A stretch of DNA of 64,000 nucleotides from an uncultured virus (IMG/VR IMGVR_UViG_2061766007_000545) (Duplodnaviria > Heunggongvirae > Uroviricota > Caudoviricetes): the IMG/VR virus record IMGVR_UViG_2061766007_000545; one strand, 5' to 3'. Positions 39,384 to 51,538 of the stretch are shown here, in pieces (within the stretch, counting starts at the first letter, position 1; every line of letters starts with the position of its first letter). The notes below the pieces were generated by a model. The model was not told where the DNA came from. It made no database searches and worked only from the letters and a program-made list of their open reading frames with translations. The position numbers and the translations under genes were made by a program.

Positions 39384-40241
39384 ATGAGCATTCTCGACAG
39401 ATATGGTATTAAAGAAGTCGCAGACGTAACATTTTACGATCTTGACTCTATTGGACGTCCTACCAACCCTGTTCTTTATCTGGATACTTTGAAGGTATCT
39501 ACTATTGAGCAGAGCGCAGAGAATACTTCTGCTCGTGGTGGTAAGGGTAATCCCGAAATTATCATGTGGGACTATGGTAAAGAGATTACCGTAACTCTTG
39601 AAGATGCACTCTTCTCACCTAAGTCTCTTGCTATCATGTTTGGTAATGGTACTGTTACCAAGTATGAGACTGATGCAAATACTACTGCTTTCTTGATGAA
39701 GACAGAGAGATTCGTAGCAACTGCTGCTGCTTCTGTTGCAAGTGCAACGAGCGCAGGTTGGGTTTCTAAGTATGTTGGACCTAATGGTTCTACTTATACG
39801 AAGTATGACGCCAAGTTCTACGATGAAAATGGTTCTTCTGTAACGAGCTTCACAAGTGGTCAGACTTACTTCTGTACTTTTGACCTTAAGGTTACTGGTT
39901 CTGTTATTGAGGTTAGTGGTAACACATTCCCTGGTACTTACTATGTAACTGGTGATACTTATGCTCGTTCCGAGGCTTCCGGTAATGATGACTTCTTCCA
40001 GTTCATTATTCCGAAGGCTAAGATTGAAGCTAGTAACACAATTACGCTTCAGGCTGATGGTGATCCGTCTGTATTCTCGATGAACCTTCGTGTTCTTCGT
40101 CCTGCTGATGGTATCATGATGAAGCTTGTACAGTACAATATTGATAATCCTGGCGCTGGAGATGCTGCTGCATTCAACTTGTATCATAACCATACCTTAG
40201 TTGGTACTGGTATTGATCCGGTTTATCCGACTGCTGGCTAA
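39384..40241 (+). CDS. major tail (tube) protein
   Basis: Strong codon bias; SARGGKGNPEIIMWDYGKE; terminator 40261-40288. Confidence 0.7.
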   Translation: MSILDRYGIKEVADVTFYDLDSIGRPTNPVLYLDTLKVSTIEQSAENTSARGGKGNPEIIMWDYGKEITVTLEDALFSPKSLAIMFGNGTVTKYETDANTTAFLMKTERFVATAAASVASATSAGWVSKYVGPNGSTYTKYDAKFYDENGSSVTSFTSGQTYFCTFDLKVTGSVIEVSGNTFPGTYYVTGDTYARSEASGNDDFFQFIIPKAKIEASNTITLQADGDPSVFSMNLRVLRPADGIMMKLVQYNIDNPGAGDAAAFNLYHNHTLVGTGIDPVYPTAG

Positions 40242-40302
40242 TATTGGAGTACTTAAGAGGGTGGGCGGTGCAAATCGCCCACTTTTTTATTAGGAGGTTA
40301 AG

Positions 40303-41280
40303 ATGGATTACGAGTTTGGATTAAAGGAATTGTATTTCGTGACAATAAAATCTACTTATCCTATGAGGATAGGAGATAAAGATATACAAGCTGGCGAAGT
40401 AATAGCGGCTTTTGATAAGATTTTAATTAGCGTGTTTGACGAAGATAAGAAATTTGTGAGCGCGCACGGTGGTTTTGAAGATAAGGATAGAGTCTGGTGG
40501 GAAACAACTAAAGATATACGAGTAAGTTTTACTCAAGGTATCTTTTCAAAAGCACAGTTTTCTTTAATGAATAATACGAAGTTGTTTAATCACGTAGATG
40601 AAGATCCAATTTATATACCGAGAAGGGAAATTATTGAATCAGATGAAAATGGGATAATTACTCTTTCTTCTGAGCCTTATAAACCATTTTTTGTTTATGA
40701 TTTAAGCACAGGAGAAAAGTTACAATATATAAAAACCGGAGATAAGAGTTTTAATATTAATTATTCCTTTACAGAGGTAGTTGCTGATTATTATGAGATA
40801 TATAATAATGGCGCGCAACTATTTAAGATAGGGAATACTTTGAGCGATGGGTTTTTCCTTTTAGAAGGAAGAACGAGNNNNNNNNNNGAATGGGATAATT
40901 ACTCTTTCTTCTGAGCCTTATAAGCCATTTTTTGTTTATGATTTAAGCACAGGAGAAAAGTTACAATATACAAAAACTGGAGATAAGAGTTTTAATATTA
41001 ATTATTCCTTTACAGAGGTGGTTGCTGATTATTATGAGATATATAATAATGGCGCGCAACTATTTAAAATAGGGAATACTTTGAGCGATGGGTTTTTCCT
41101 TTTAGAAGGAAGAACGAGAGTAAAGGATGATGTGACAGGACAAACAAAAACTGGAATTATTACAATTCCAAAATTAAAGCTAGTGTCTGATTTGTCTATG
41201 CGTTTGGGAAGAGAGGCGTCGCCAGTAGTGACACAATTAAATGGTATCGCGTGTCCTACAGACAGTAAAGGAATAAAGAC
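40303..41280 (+). CDS. tail-tube paralog (fragmented; C-terminus probably at 41722-41770)
   Basis: Aligns by eye to 39384 protein; terminator 41771-41804 after displaced end. Confidence 0.6.
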
Positions 41281-41290
41281 NNNNNNNNNN

Positions 41291-44200
41291 TGGCAAATGA
41301 AAAGCTTACGATGACCGTCGACATACGTGCGCAAATTGATAAGTTTAATAAGTCGATGTCTGAAATAAAGAATAATCTTGTTCAGGCTTTTAGTGGTAAG
41401 GGTGTTAAGAATTACACTGAAGAACTGAATAAGATTACTCGTTTAATGGATAAAATTAATCTTGATGCATCTAAACCTCTGTCTACTAAAACAGAGTTTA
41501 ATCAGATGCAAAAAGATATCACTAATGTTAATACTAGAATTCAAAGACTAATTGAGAACCTTCAGGGATTAAACAATTTAAGTTTTAACGAAAGATTAAG
41601 TTATTTGCCCGAGGTGCTTCAGAACAATTATAAAAAGGCTACAGATGCAGTTAAAGATTATATTAAAGCCTTAAATTCTTTAAAAACCGAAGAAGGTAAA
41701 ATAGATAGTAANNNNNNNNNNGGTTATGGACATTCTTCTCTTGGAAGACGATATAGATAGTGATATGTAAAAAATCAGCATTAGCAATAATGCTGATTTT
41801 TTTTATTAGGAGGCACTACCAANNNNNNNNNNAGGTGTTAAGAACTACACTGAAGAGCTAAACAAGATTACTCGTTTAATGGATAAAATTAACCTTGATG
41901 CATCTAAACCTCTGTCTACCAAAACAGAGTTTAATCAAATGCAAAAGGATATCACCAACGTTAATACTAGAATTCAAAGATTAATTGAAAATCTTCAGGG
42001 ATTAAACAATTTAAGTTTTAATGAAAGATTAAGTTATTTGCCTGAGGTGCTTCAGAACAATTATAAAAAGGCTACGGATGCAGTTAAAGATTACATTAAA
42101 GCCTTAAATTCTTTAAAAACCGAAGAAGGTAAAATAGATAGTAATAAGCAATTAGATGATGTAAATAAAGAAATTAAAGCATACGAAAAAAGACAAAAAA
42201 TGGTAGAGGATTTTGAAAAGAAGGTTGCTAGTGCAGGAAGTGCAAAAGATAAATCCGAAGCCGCAAGAGAAGAAGCCGATAGACTTCAAAGAATTGTAGA
42301 TTTTCGTAAAGCAACTGAAGAAGCTACGGCTGCACAAGAAAAATTAAAAGAAGTTTTAAAAGAAGGACGTAATGGAAATTACGGTAAAATAAAAAGATCA
42401 GACCTTGAAGAAATGGCTAACCTGCAGATGCAGGGTAAGTCAATTAAAGAAGCTTCTTTTTTCAGTCCGGCTGTAGAAGAGGCAGCTAAGCAACAAAGAG
42501 CATCTCGAAAAACTGAGGTGGCTCCTGCTCAAAAAGCAAGAGCTGAACAAGAAGCTAGACATATAGAAAAATTAAAGAAGGAAACTGAGGAAGAAGCTGC
42601 TTCTAATAAAAAAGTTGAAGAAAGTGTTAAAAAATTAAGTAAAGCAAATAGCGTTGCCGAAGANNNNNNNNNNTGAAGCTAGCGCAGAACGTATTAATGA
42701 CGTATATTCGAAACTTGCCGCTATTACAGCTTCTAACGTAGATGAAATTTCAACCGCCATGACAAAGACTGCGTCTATCGCGCATTCTGCAGGCATGGAA
42801 TTTGAAACTACTGCGGCTTTCCTTTCTCAGATTATTGAGACAACTCGTGAATCCGCAGAGACTGCTGGTACTGCGCTTAAGACAGTTATTGCGCGTTTCC
42901 AGGAATTAAAGAAGGCACCGAGCGAAATCGGAGAAATTGAAGGCGAAGTTGTNNNNNNNNNNAGTGCCTGCTGCACAAGAGGCAAAAGCAAAAGCATTAG
43001 CTAAACATGAGGGGAAATTAAAAAAGGAAGCCGAAGAAGAGGCTGCTTCTAATAAACAGGTTGAAGAAAGTGTTAAAAAATTAAGTAAAGCAAATAGCGT
43101 TGCCGAAGAAAAAATTAAGGCAATGGTTAATGCTACTGCTCAACAAATTGAAGCTAATAAGAAATTAGAAGAATTTAAGGGGCAGAACTACGAAGAAATT
43201 GAAGAGTCTACTGAAGAATTAACTGAAAAAATTAAATTCCTTAGAGATGCTCAGGAAGCTTATAACGATTCTAATAAAGAAGAAACTGATAGTATTAATA
43301 AAAAAATTAATAGATATGAGCAATGGAAGAAAGAATTAGAAGAAAATGCAGAAGCTTATGAGCAAAATAAACAAAAAAGAGAAGAATTAATAGCTACTTT
43401 AAAAGATGACATAGAGCAAAAGAAAATTCTTCAAAATAAAAAACTTATACAAAGCCTTGAAGAAGTTGGTATTAGTGAAGAGAAACTCGGTGATATTTCT
43501 CAAATGGATACCAACCAATTAAAGCAATTAATACAACAGTTATATGAACAAGAAATAGTTACCCCTCAGGTTGCTGAGGCTACTAACGAATTTAATCAAA
43601 AATTAGAGACTACAAATATTGATGCAAGAAATGTTGCTAAATCTGTTAATGAAAGTGCCGAAAGTTTTGAACATTTAACAGAGCGTGCACAGAACATTGA
43701 TCAGATTACTTCTCGTATTAAGTATTTCGTAGGTTTCGCCGGAGTAATTAATGTTGCTCGTAAATCTCTCCGTAGCGCCGTATCAACAATTAAAGAACTT
43801 GATAAGGCTATGACGCAGATGGCAGTAGTTACTAAATCAACAATTAGTGATTACTGGGAGCAACTTCCTAAATATACAGAACGTGCCAATAAACTTGGTG
43901 CGACTATCCGCGATATGTATGAAGCGGATACTTTGTATTATCAACAGGGTTTAAAAACTAACCAAGTAATGCAAGTAGCCAACGAAACAATGAAGATGGC
44001 TCGTATTGCTGGGTTAGGTGCTGCTGAAGCTACTGACCGTATGACCAACGCTCTTCGTGGTTTCAATATNNNNNNNNNNGGAACGTGCCAATAAGCTTGG
44101 TGCGACTATCCGCGATATGTATGAAGCGGATACCTTGTATTATCAGCAAGGTTTAAAAACTAATCAAGTAATGCAAGTAGCCAATGAGACAATGAAGATG

Positions 44201-47200
44201 GCTCGTATTGCTGGATTAGGCGCTGCTGAAGCTACTGACCGTATGACCAACGCTCTTCGTGGTTTCAATATGGAAATTAACGAAGCTAGCGCAGAACGTA
44301 TTAATGATGTATATTCGAAACTTGCTGCTATTACAGCTTCTAACGTAGATGAAATTTCAACCGCCATGACGAAGACTGCGTCTATCGCGCATTCCGCAGG
44401 TATGGAATTTGAAACCACTGCGGCTTTCCTTTCTCAGATTATTGAGACAACTCGTGAATCTGCAGAGACTGCTGGTACTGCGCTTAAGACAGTTATTGCG
44501 CGTTTCCAAGAATTAAAGAAGGCACCGAGCGAAATCGGAGAAATTGAAGGCGAAGTTGTTGATGCCAATAAAATTGAAGGCGCGCTACGTACAGTAGGAG
44601 TTGCATTAAGAGATAGCGAAGGACAATTTAGAAAGCTTGATGATGTATTTATAGAGCTAGCTGGTAAATGGGGTTCTTTGGATAAGAATACTCAAAGATA
44701 TATTGCAACTATCGCGGCTGGTTCTCGTCAGCAGTCTCGTTTTATTGCATTAATGCAGGATTATAGTCATACTGTTGAATTAGTTGACGCGGCTTACAAT
44801 AGTGCGGGCGTTAGCCAAGAGCAATATGAAAAGACTTTGGATTCTTTGCAGACGAAAATAAATGCTTTAACTAATGCTTGGGATACTTTTACAATGAGTC
44901 TTTTTGATTCAAGAATTGTAAAAACCGCTATTGATACAGGTAAGAATATAATTAATGTAATTAATACAGTTCTTGATAAGTTAGATTTTTTACATACTGG
45001 TATTTTAAAAATCGTTCTTGTTGCTACTAGTGTTAATAAATTAGGTTCTGCTTTTAAGATATTTACTCATCAATTAAGTCAAGATGGTGGAACAATAGCT
45101 AATTCTTTCGGAGCGATTGGTAAGGCTATAAAGAATTCTCTTACTCCTAAATATATTAGTAATATCGCTGGGGTACAAAAAGCTCTTGAGGCTTTTAAAG
45201 TTGCCGGTGCAGATGTAGGAGAAGAAATTGAAAATATAGCTAATATGACTAATTTAGATGCCGATTCTAAAGAGAGACTGCGCGGTCTTCTGTGGTCGGT
45301 AAATAAAGAGGAACTTACACAAGAACAACTTACTAGATTATGTGCTATAGCGACCGAAGAAAATACTGAAGCTACCGCCAAAGAAATAATTACTGAAGAA
45401 GGTTTGGTAGTAGCAGATAATACAGTAACTAAAGCGAAGACTAAAGTTATTTTAGCAAGTAAGTTACAAGCACTTGCTCAAAGTAAGCTGTTTAAGATTT
45501 TAACTTTAGGTATTGGACCTACTTTAGCTAATAGTGCCGCCACCGCTGTTTTGGCGGGCAACTATGCAAAAGCAGCCTTATGTGTAGCCGGAGTAACTGC
45601 TGCTTTCGCCGCATTTGTTGCTATTGTTTATGTTGTTTATAAGGCAATTCAGGCTCTAATTAAAACACGACTAGATAATAGATTAAAGGACGCTCAACAA
45701 AGAGTAGAAGAATTTACAAACTCTATTAAAGATTGTAAGGATGCTTTAAGTGATCTTGAAGATGCTCAAGAAAAGTATAATTCTATACATGATGAACTTA
45801 AACAAAACATTCAAGGAACAGAAGAATGGAAAAAGAAATTAATTGAAGCTAATGAACAAGTATATGAGTTAATTCAAAAATATCCTATACTTAATAGTTA
45901 TATTGAGCGTTTACCTTCTGGTGAATTAACTATTACTGAAGCAGGTTGGAATGCAGTAACCACTCAACAAAATCAAAATTTGGAAGTAAATAGAGTTGCG
46001 CAATTCAATGCTCAACAAGACAGTTATAGAATACAGCAAGAGAAAGAAGGAAAGGCATTAGCAAATAGTGTTAAAGATGGTTTTAATGATGTTATTCAAA
46101 GTTTAGCAACTAATCCTGATAATGTTTCTTCAATTTTAAACTTAAAAAATCTATCTTCAGTAATAGAGGAAACAATGCTTTCAGGTGAAAGCATAGCAAA
46201 ATATAGAAATCAAATTGATGAAATAGGTTTATCTAGTGAGGCTTTAGAAGCCTTTAACCAATACCAAGAGTCAGTTGATAAAAATACTTTAGCTTTAGAT
46301 TTATTAAGAGAGCAAATGGCTCAAGGTGAAACCCAAGATGAAAAAGATGCTTGGATGGTTCTTAATAAGGCTTTTGATAATTATGAGTTAAACGATACTT
46401 ATATAAAAAAGCAAGTTAAAGCTTTCCGTGATACATCAGATTATCAAGATGATGAATATGTACAAAAAATAGCTAAGTATATTGCTGATAAAAATGGTGT
46501 TACAGTAAGCAGCATTTTAAGTGGTAACGATAGAAAGACTTTAACCAATATGTATACCGGTATGTTTAATATTACCGATGAAAATCAAATTAATAATATA
46601 AGTAAAAAGGCTAGATATTGGTTTGGTAATGAAAGAGATACTTTAATTAAAGAAATAGTTGAAGCTTATGAAAGGGCAATACTACAAGACAGTACTGGAG
46701 CTAAATTAGATAGTTATTCTTCTGACGAAGTTAGCGCGCTTGCTCATTCTAAGAACCTTTCTAGTTTAACTAAAGATGAAGCCTTTCTTTTAGATAAAAT
46801 TAATAGCAAAGGAACTGAGGAAGCGGTTAGCAAGGCTCTTGAAGAACAATTAAATGCTTCTGGCGTAGGTACTTTCTTTGATCTTTATTGGAGTAATCTT
46901 GAAAAAATATCAAAAGAAAGTGCAGCAAATATTAAAGATTTACTTGAGATGGGCGATGTTCTTAGCCTTGATCAGTTAGATGATTATGCTCGCTTAGTTA
47001 GTAGAGAAAATTCTATGGGACTTGGTTCTGTTGATTTTAGTTCTCTTCCTAAGGAACTTTTGAGTGAGTTATTTAGTTTTGATACTTCTTCTATCGAAGA
47101 CCTTGAATTAGCGCGTAAGGCACTAACCGACAAATGGCCACTTTTGACTGATAGAATTAATAAAACAATTGATGATATTATTAGACTTGGTGGCGCAATT

Positions 47201-50200
47201 AGTAAAGTTGACTTAGAAACTTTAATTGATAGAGTCGGCACATTGTCTGGTGAACTTGCTAAACTTAATGAATATCAACAAGGAAATGTTTTTTCAGAAG
47301 AACAGAAAAATAAATACCTTAATAGCGGTGTTGCTACAGAAGAAGATTTTCTGTCAACAGTAGATGGCAATTATGTTTATCTGAAGCCATTAGAAGAATT
47401 AAGAAATTCTATTGTTAAAAATACAGAGGCACTTCAAGATAGAACAAAAGAATTAGATAATCAGTATGAACTAGCACAAAAATATCGTATGGCAACTCCG
47501 GAATTTGGAGTTAATCCTTATGAGAATATAAACACTTTTATTAGAGATAACCTTAGTTTAATTGCTTCGACAGGTTTAATTTCGGGAATAAGTGAAAATA
47601 CAAAATTTGAAAATTTAAGTGCTTCAATGATAGAGCAAATTACCCAAGAATTAGAAAGACTTCGTACCGAAATGAAAACTAGTGATTATCAAGAAGGGCG
47701 TAAAAAGCTTACAGATACGCTGGCAGAAGGATATTCTTCTTATGGTACCTCTGCTACAAATCTTTCTGAATATTTTGCAAGTGATTCCGGTTATACTAAA
47801 GAAGGACTTGAAAAAGCCGGTATTCTTAATTTATTAGAAGGTCAAGAGGGTTACGATTCACTTATTGAAAAATTAAATAAATTAGGTAAAATCTCTAAAG
47901 AAGATACTAGTGAATATTCTGATTTATTAAAGACTCTAAGCAATAAAAAAGATATTTTAACCGCACAAGATGGAATGAAAAAGATGGTTAATTCCGCTAA
48001 GACTTTTGGAGAAGAATATAGCAAACTTGGTGATAATATTGAGTTAAAGATGGCTTATGTTCTTGACCAAGCTAAAAATCTTGGACTTGAAGGAATTAAT
48101 TTAACTAGAGATAATTACGATATGTATGCTCAGTTGTTTACACAATTTGGTGAAGGCAATATGGAAGCATACAAAGCTATTGCTACTTTAATGCTCCAGC
48201 AGCAAGGTTTGACATCAACTCAGATAGAAGCTTTTTGGGCAGGTACCCTTGAAATTACTAGTGATTCTCTTAAAGCTATTGCCACAATGGCGCAAAGCTT
48301 TGGTTTTGGTTTTACTGAAGTTGATTCTAGTGGTAAAGCATTCTTAAAAGCTTTCAATGATATGGGTGGTTTTGTTTCTACCTCTAGCGGTGGAGGAGCT
48401 GACAAGTGGGAAGATCCATATAATTGGTTATGGAATATTAATAAGCGCATCAATAAAGAAATTTTTGAGCGCGAGCGCCTTGAACGTAAATATCAAAAAG
48501 CCGTAGAAGACGCTACAAAATCTGAAAAAGATTTATACGAAGTTTCGAAGAAAGAACTTCAAAACCTTGAGCGTCAGGCTCAACTTGAACGTGATAAAGG
48601 AACTAAGGCAATGCAAGAGGCACAAATGATGATGAATCAGCGTCCTGACTTTGCTAATTATGTGTCTTGGGATACTGTAACCGGTCAAATCCAAGTAGAT
48701 TATAGTTCTATTGATAAACTTGGATGGGGTTCTGACCGAGGAAGCGCTTTTGAAGATTTTGTTGGACGTTTAGAGGAGTTAATCGATGAAGTCCAGGATT
48801 CTCAGACTACTCTTGAGGAAATTGAAGACCTAACTGAAGATATTAAGAATCGTGGACGTGAACAGTATCTTGAACTTCAAGATCGTATCAAAAACGCTTT
48901 GGTTGAAATTAATCAAAGACAAATTGATACTGCTGAAAAGATTAATGAGTCTATTAAGAGCGCGCAAGACGAACTTCTGAATAAGATTCAAGAAGAAATT
49001 TCTGAAACGCGTCAGATTCGTTCTAATCAAGAAAAGGAACAAGAACTTGAAGATAAGCGTCAGCGACTTAATTATTTACGTCGTGATACAACTGGCGCAA
49101 ATGCTACACAAATTAAGCAACTTGAAAAAGAACTTAGTACTGGTGAGCAACAATATACCGATTCTTTAACTGACCAAACTCTTTCAAATATTCAGAAAGC
49201 CAATCAAAAAGCTGAAGAACAACGTCAGGAACAGATTGAGATTATGAATAATCAGTTAACTAGATGGCAAGAGACAGGCGCTATTTGGGAGACGGTTAAT
49301 GCCTCAATCCAAGAAGGCTTTGATAATCCTGATAATTTCCTTAACTCACAGGTTGGTGGACTTCTTGCTACTGCAGAGAATAAGCGTGCGCTTTCTGAGT
49401 TACAGCAAGCGGATTGGGAGAAAGACTTAGAGAATCAAGCTAAACTTGCAGAGTTATTCAATAATGGAGAGCTTTATCAGCAAGGTGAGCAGACATTAAC
49501 TCAAGTTCAAAGATGTGCAGATGAATTACAAACGGCTCAAGAAAGTATTAGACAAATTGGTAATCTTAATCAAGGTTTGGAGCAGTTACTTGAAGTATAT
49601 CCAAAATCTTATGCAGATAAAGTTAGTAATGGTGTAAGTGGAATTAGTACTGATGTATCTAAAATGCTTAAGTATTTTGAAGAATTACTTAATAAAAACG
49701 AAAGTAAATATTCAGGTGGAAGTGTTGGAGATACTGGCGGAGTAGGAAGATATTCTACTTATAACAAACCTTTTCTTGTTAGATATGCAACCGGTGGTCT
49801 TAATACTAATNNNNNNNNNNAAAATTGGTAATCTTAATCAGGGTTTGGAGCAATTACTTGAGGTATATCCAAAATCTTATGCAGATAAAGTTAGTAATGG
49901 TGTAAGTGGAATTAGTGCTGATACCTCTAAGATGCTTAAGTATTTTGAAGAATTACTTAATAAAAACGAGAATAAATATTCCGGTGGAAGTGTTGGAGAT
50001 ACTGGCGGAGTAGGAAATTCTACTCATAACAAACCTTTTCTTGTTAGATATGCAACCGGTGGTCTTAATACTAATCCTGGTCTTGCTCAGCTTGATGGAA
50101 CACTTACAGAGCCAGAGTACATATTAAATTCTGACCAAACAAAAGCTTTCTTTAATCTTGTTAATACTTTAACTTCTAACGAAGGTAAAAGTGGAGTAAG

Positions 50201-50345
50201 CGGTGATAATTACTTCGATATTGATATTAATGTAGATGAACTTTCTAATGATTATGATGTCGAGAATATTGCCGATAAGATTAAGCAAATGATTTGGGAA
50301 GATAGTCAGTATAGAAATGTAAACTTAGTAAGTCTACTCAGATAA
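41291..50345 (+). CDS. tail tape measure protein (fragmented, overlapping alleles)
   Basis: Over 2500 codons of helical sequence; TP901-type TMP core ATDRMTNALRGFN...TRESAETAGTALKTVIARF; C-terminal YATGG...LDGT..PE. Confidence 0.88.
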
Positions 50346-50438
50346 ATTGACTAACTTAATAAAAAATCTACTTAATTTTGAGAAAGGATTGACCGCTACG
50401 AAAGTAGCGGTCTTTCTTAAATTAAAAGGAGGGAAGCT

Positions 50439-51521
50439 ATGGTTAGAAACGATGACTTTACTGGTTTTAGTTTTAATGGCATTCATTCTTCAACCCTTGG
50501 TATTGTACGCGTGACTAATGGAAGCAGACACGAAGTAAACATTCTTCCCTCTGTTAAGGATATTACGACTGATGTTCCGGGTGGCGATGGAGTTTACTTT
50601 TATCGCGCGAACTATCAAAAGTATGAGATGACTTTTAATATTGCTTTTGAGGACATGGATGAAAATCAGATTAGATTTCTTTGTAATTTTTATAAATCTA
50701 AAGGACTTTTTAAATTAATTTTAGATGAAAATCCATATAAGATTTATAAAGCGAAAGGCAAGGGTATTAATAATATAAAATATGTGCCTTTTGGAGCGAG
50801 CAATAACCGACGTTATGCTGGAGAGGGAACCCTCTCCTTTGAAATATTTGAAGGTACTGCGAAGAGTAGATTTAAATTTCAAGAAGATTATACGAGCGCA
50901 AATATTATGGAATGGAATGATATAGTTGGGGATTATACAGTGCGCCAAGTAGACTTCCAAGAAGAAGATCCTACTAATAATGGCTTACTTATATATACAG
51001 ATGATCCCGAAGTAAATAGTGAAATTATAAAAGAGGAAAAGTTTTTTAATTTTGAGAATATGGATGAATGGTGTGAAGCAAGTGGTATTGAAGAACAGGG
51101 TAATTACGATTTGTTCTACGTAGAAAGCGCGCGAGGGTGTTTCGATTTATTCAACCCAGGAGATACCGAAGCCCCATATAGATTACGCCTTTATTTCTTA
51201 CCAAATGGAACCATACCAAGTGGGACACTTTCTATTATACAAAATAATGAAGTGGTTTCTACTTTGACTTGGGAATCCTTTGAACAGGCATCACGTGATT
51301 CGCGCACTAATATTGCGGTAGACACCTTTATTGAAGTATGTTCAAGAGATAGAGTTGTGAAAGGGTTTGATAGGAATTACAATAGAACTGGGCGCTATTA
51401 CATCGATCACTTTCAAGGAGATTTTAATCCTATTCCTTTAGGAGAAAGTAAAATGGTTATTGAAGTGGAAAATGTGGAGCAATTAAAGCCTTATATAATG
51501 TATGACTATCTTTATTATTGA
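50439..51521 (+). CDS. distal tail protein (Dit)-like
   Basis: FSFNGIHSSTLGI...DVPGGDG directly after TMP. Confidence 0.7.
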   Translation: MVRNDDFTGFSFNGIHSSTLGIVRVTNGSRHEVNILPSVKDITTDVPGGDGVYFYRANYQKYEMTFNIAFEDMDENQIRFLCNFYKSKGLFKLILDENPYKIYKAKGKGINNIKYVPFGASNNRRYAGEGTLSFEIFEGTAKSRFKFQEDYTSANIMEWNDIVGDYTVRQVDFQEEDPTNNGLLIYTDDPEVNSEIIKEEKFFNFENMDEWCEASGIEEQGNYDLFYVESARGCFDLFNPGDTEAPYRLRLYFLPNGTIPSGTLSIIQNNEVVSTLTWESFEQASRDSRTNIAVDTFIEVCSRDRVVKGFDRNYNRTGRYYIDHFQGDFNPIPLGESKMVIEVENVEQLKPYIMYDYLYY

Positions 51522-51538
51522 GTTAAAGGAGGCATTCA

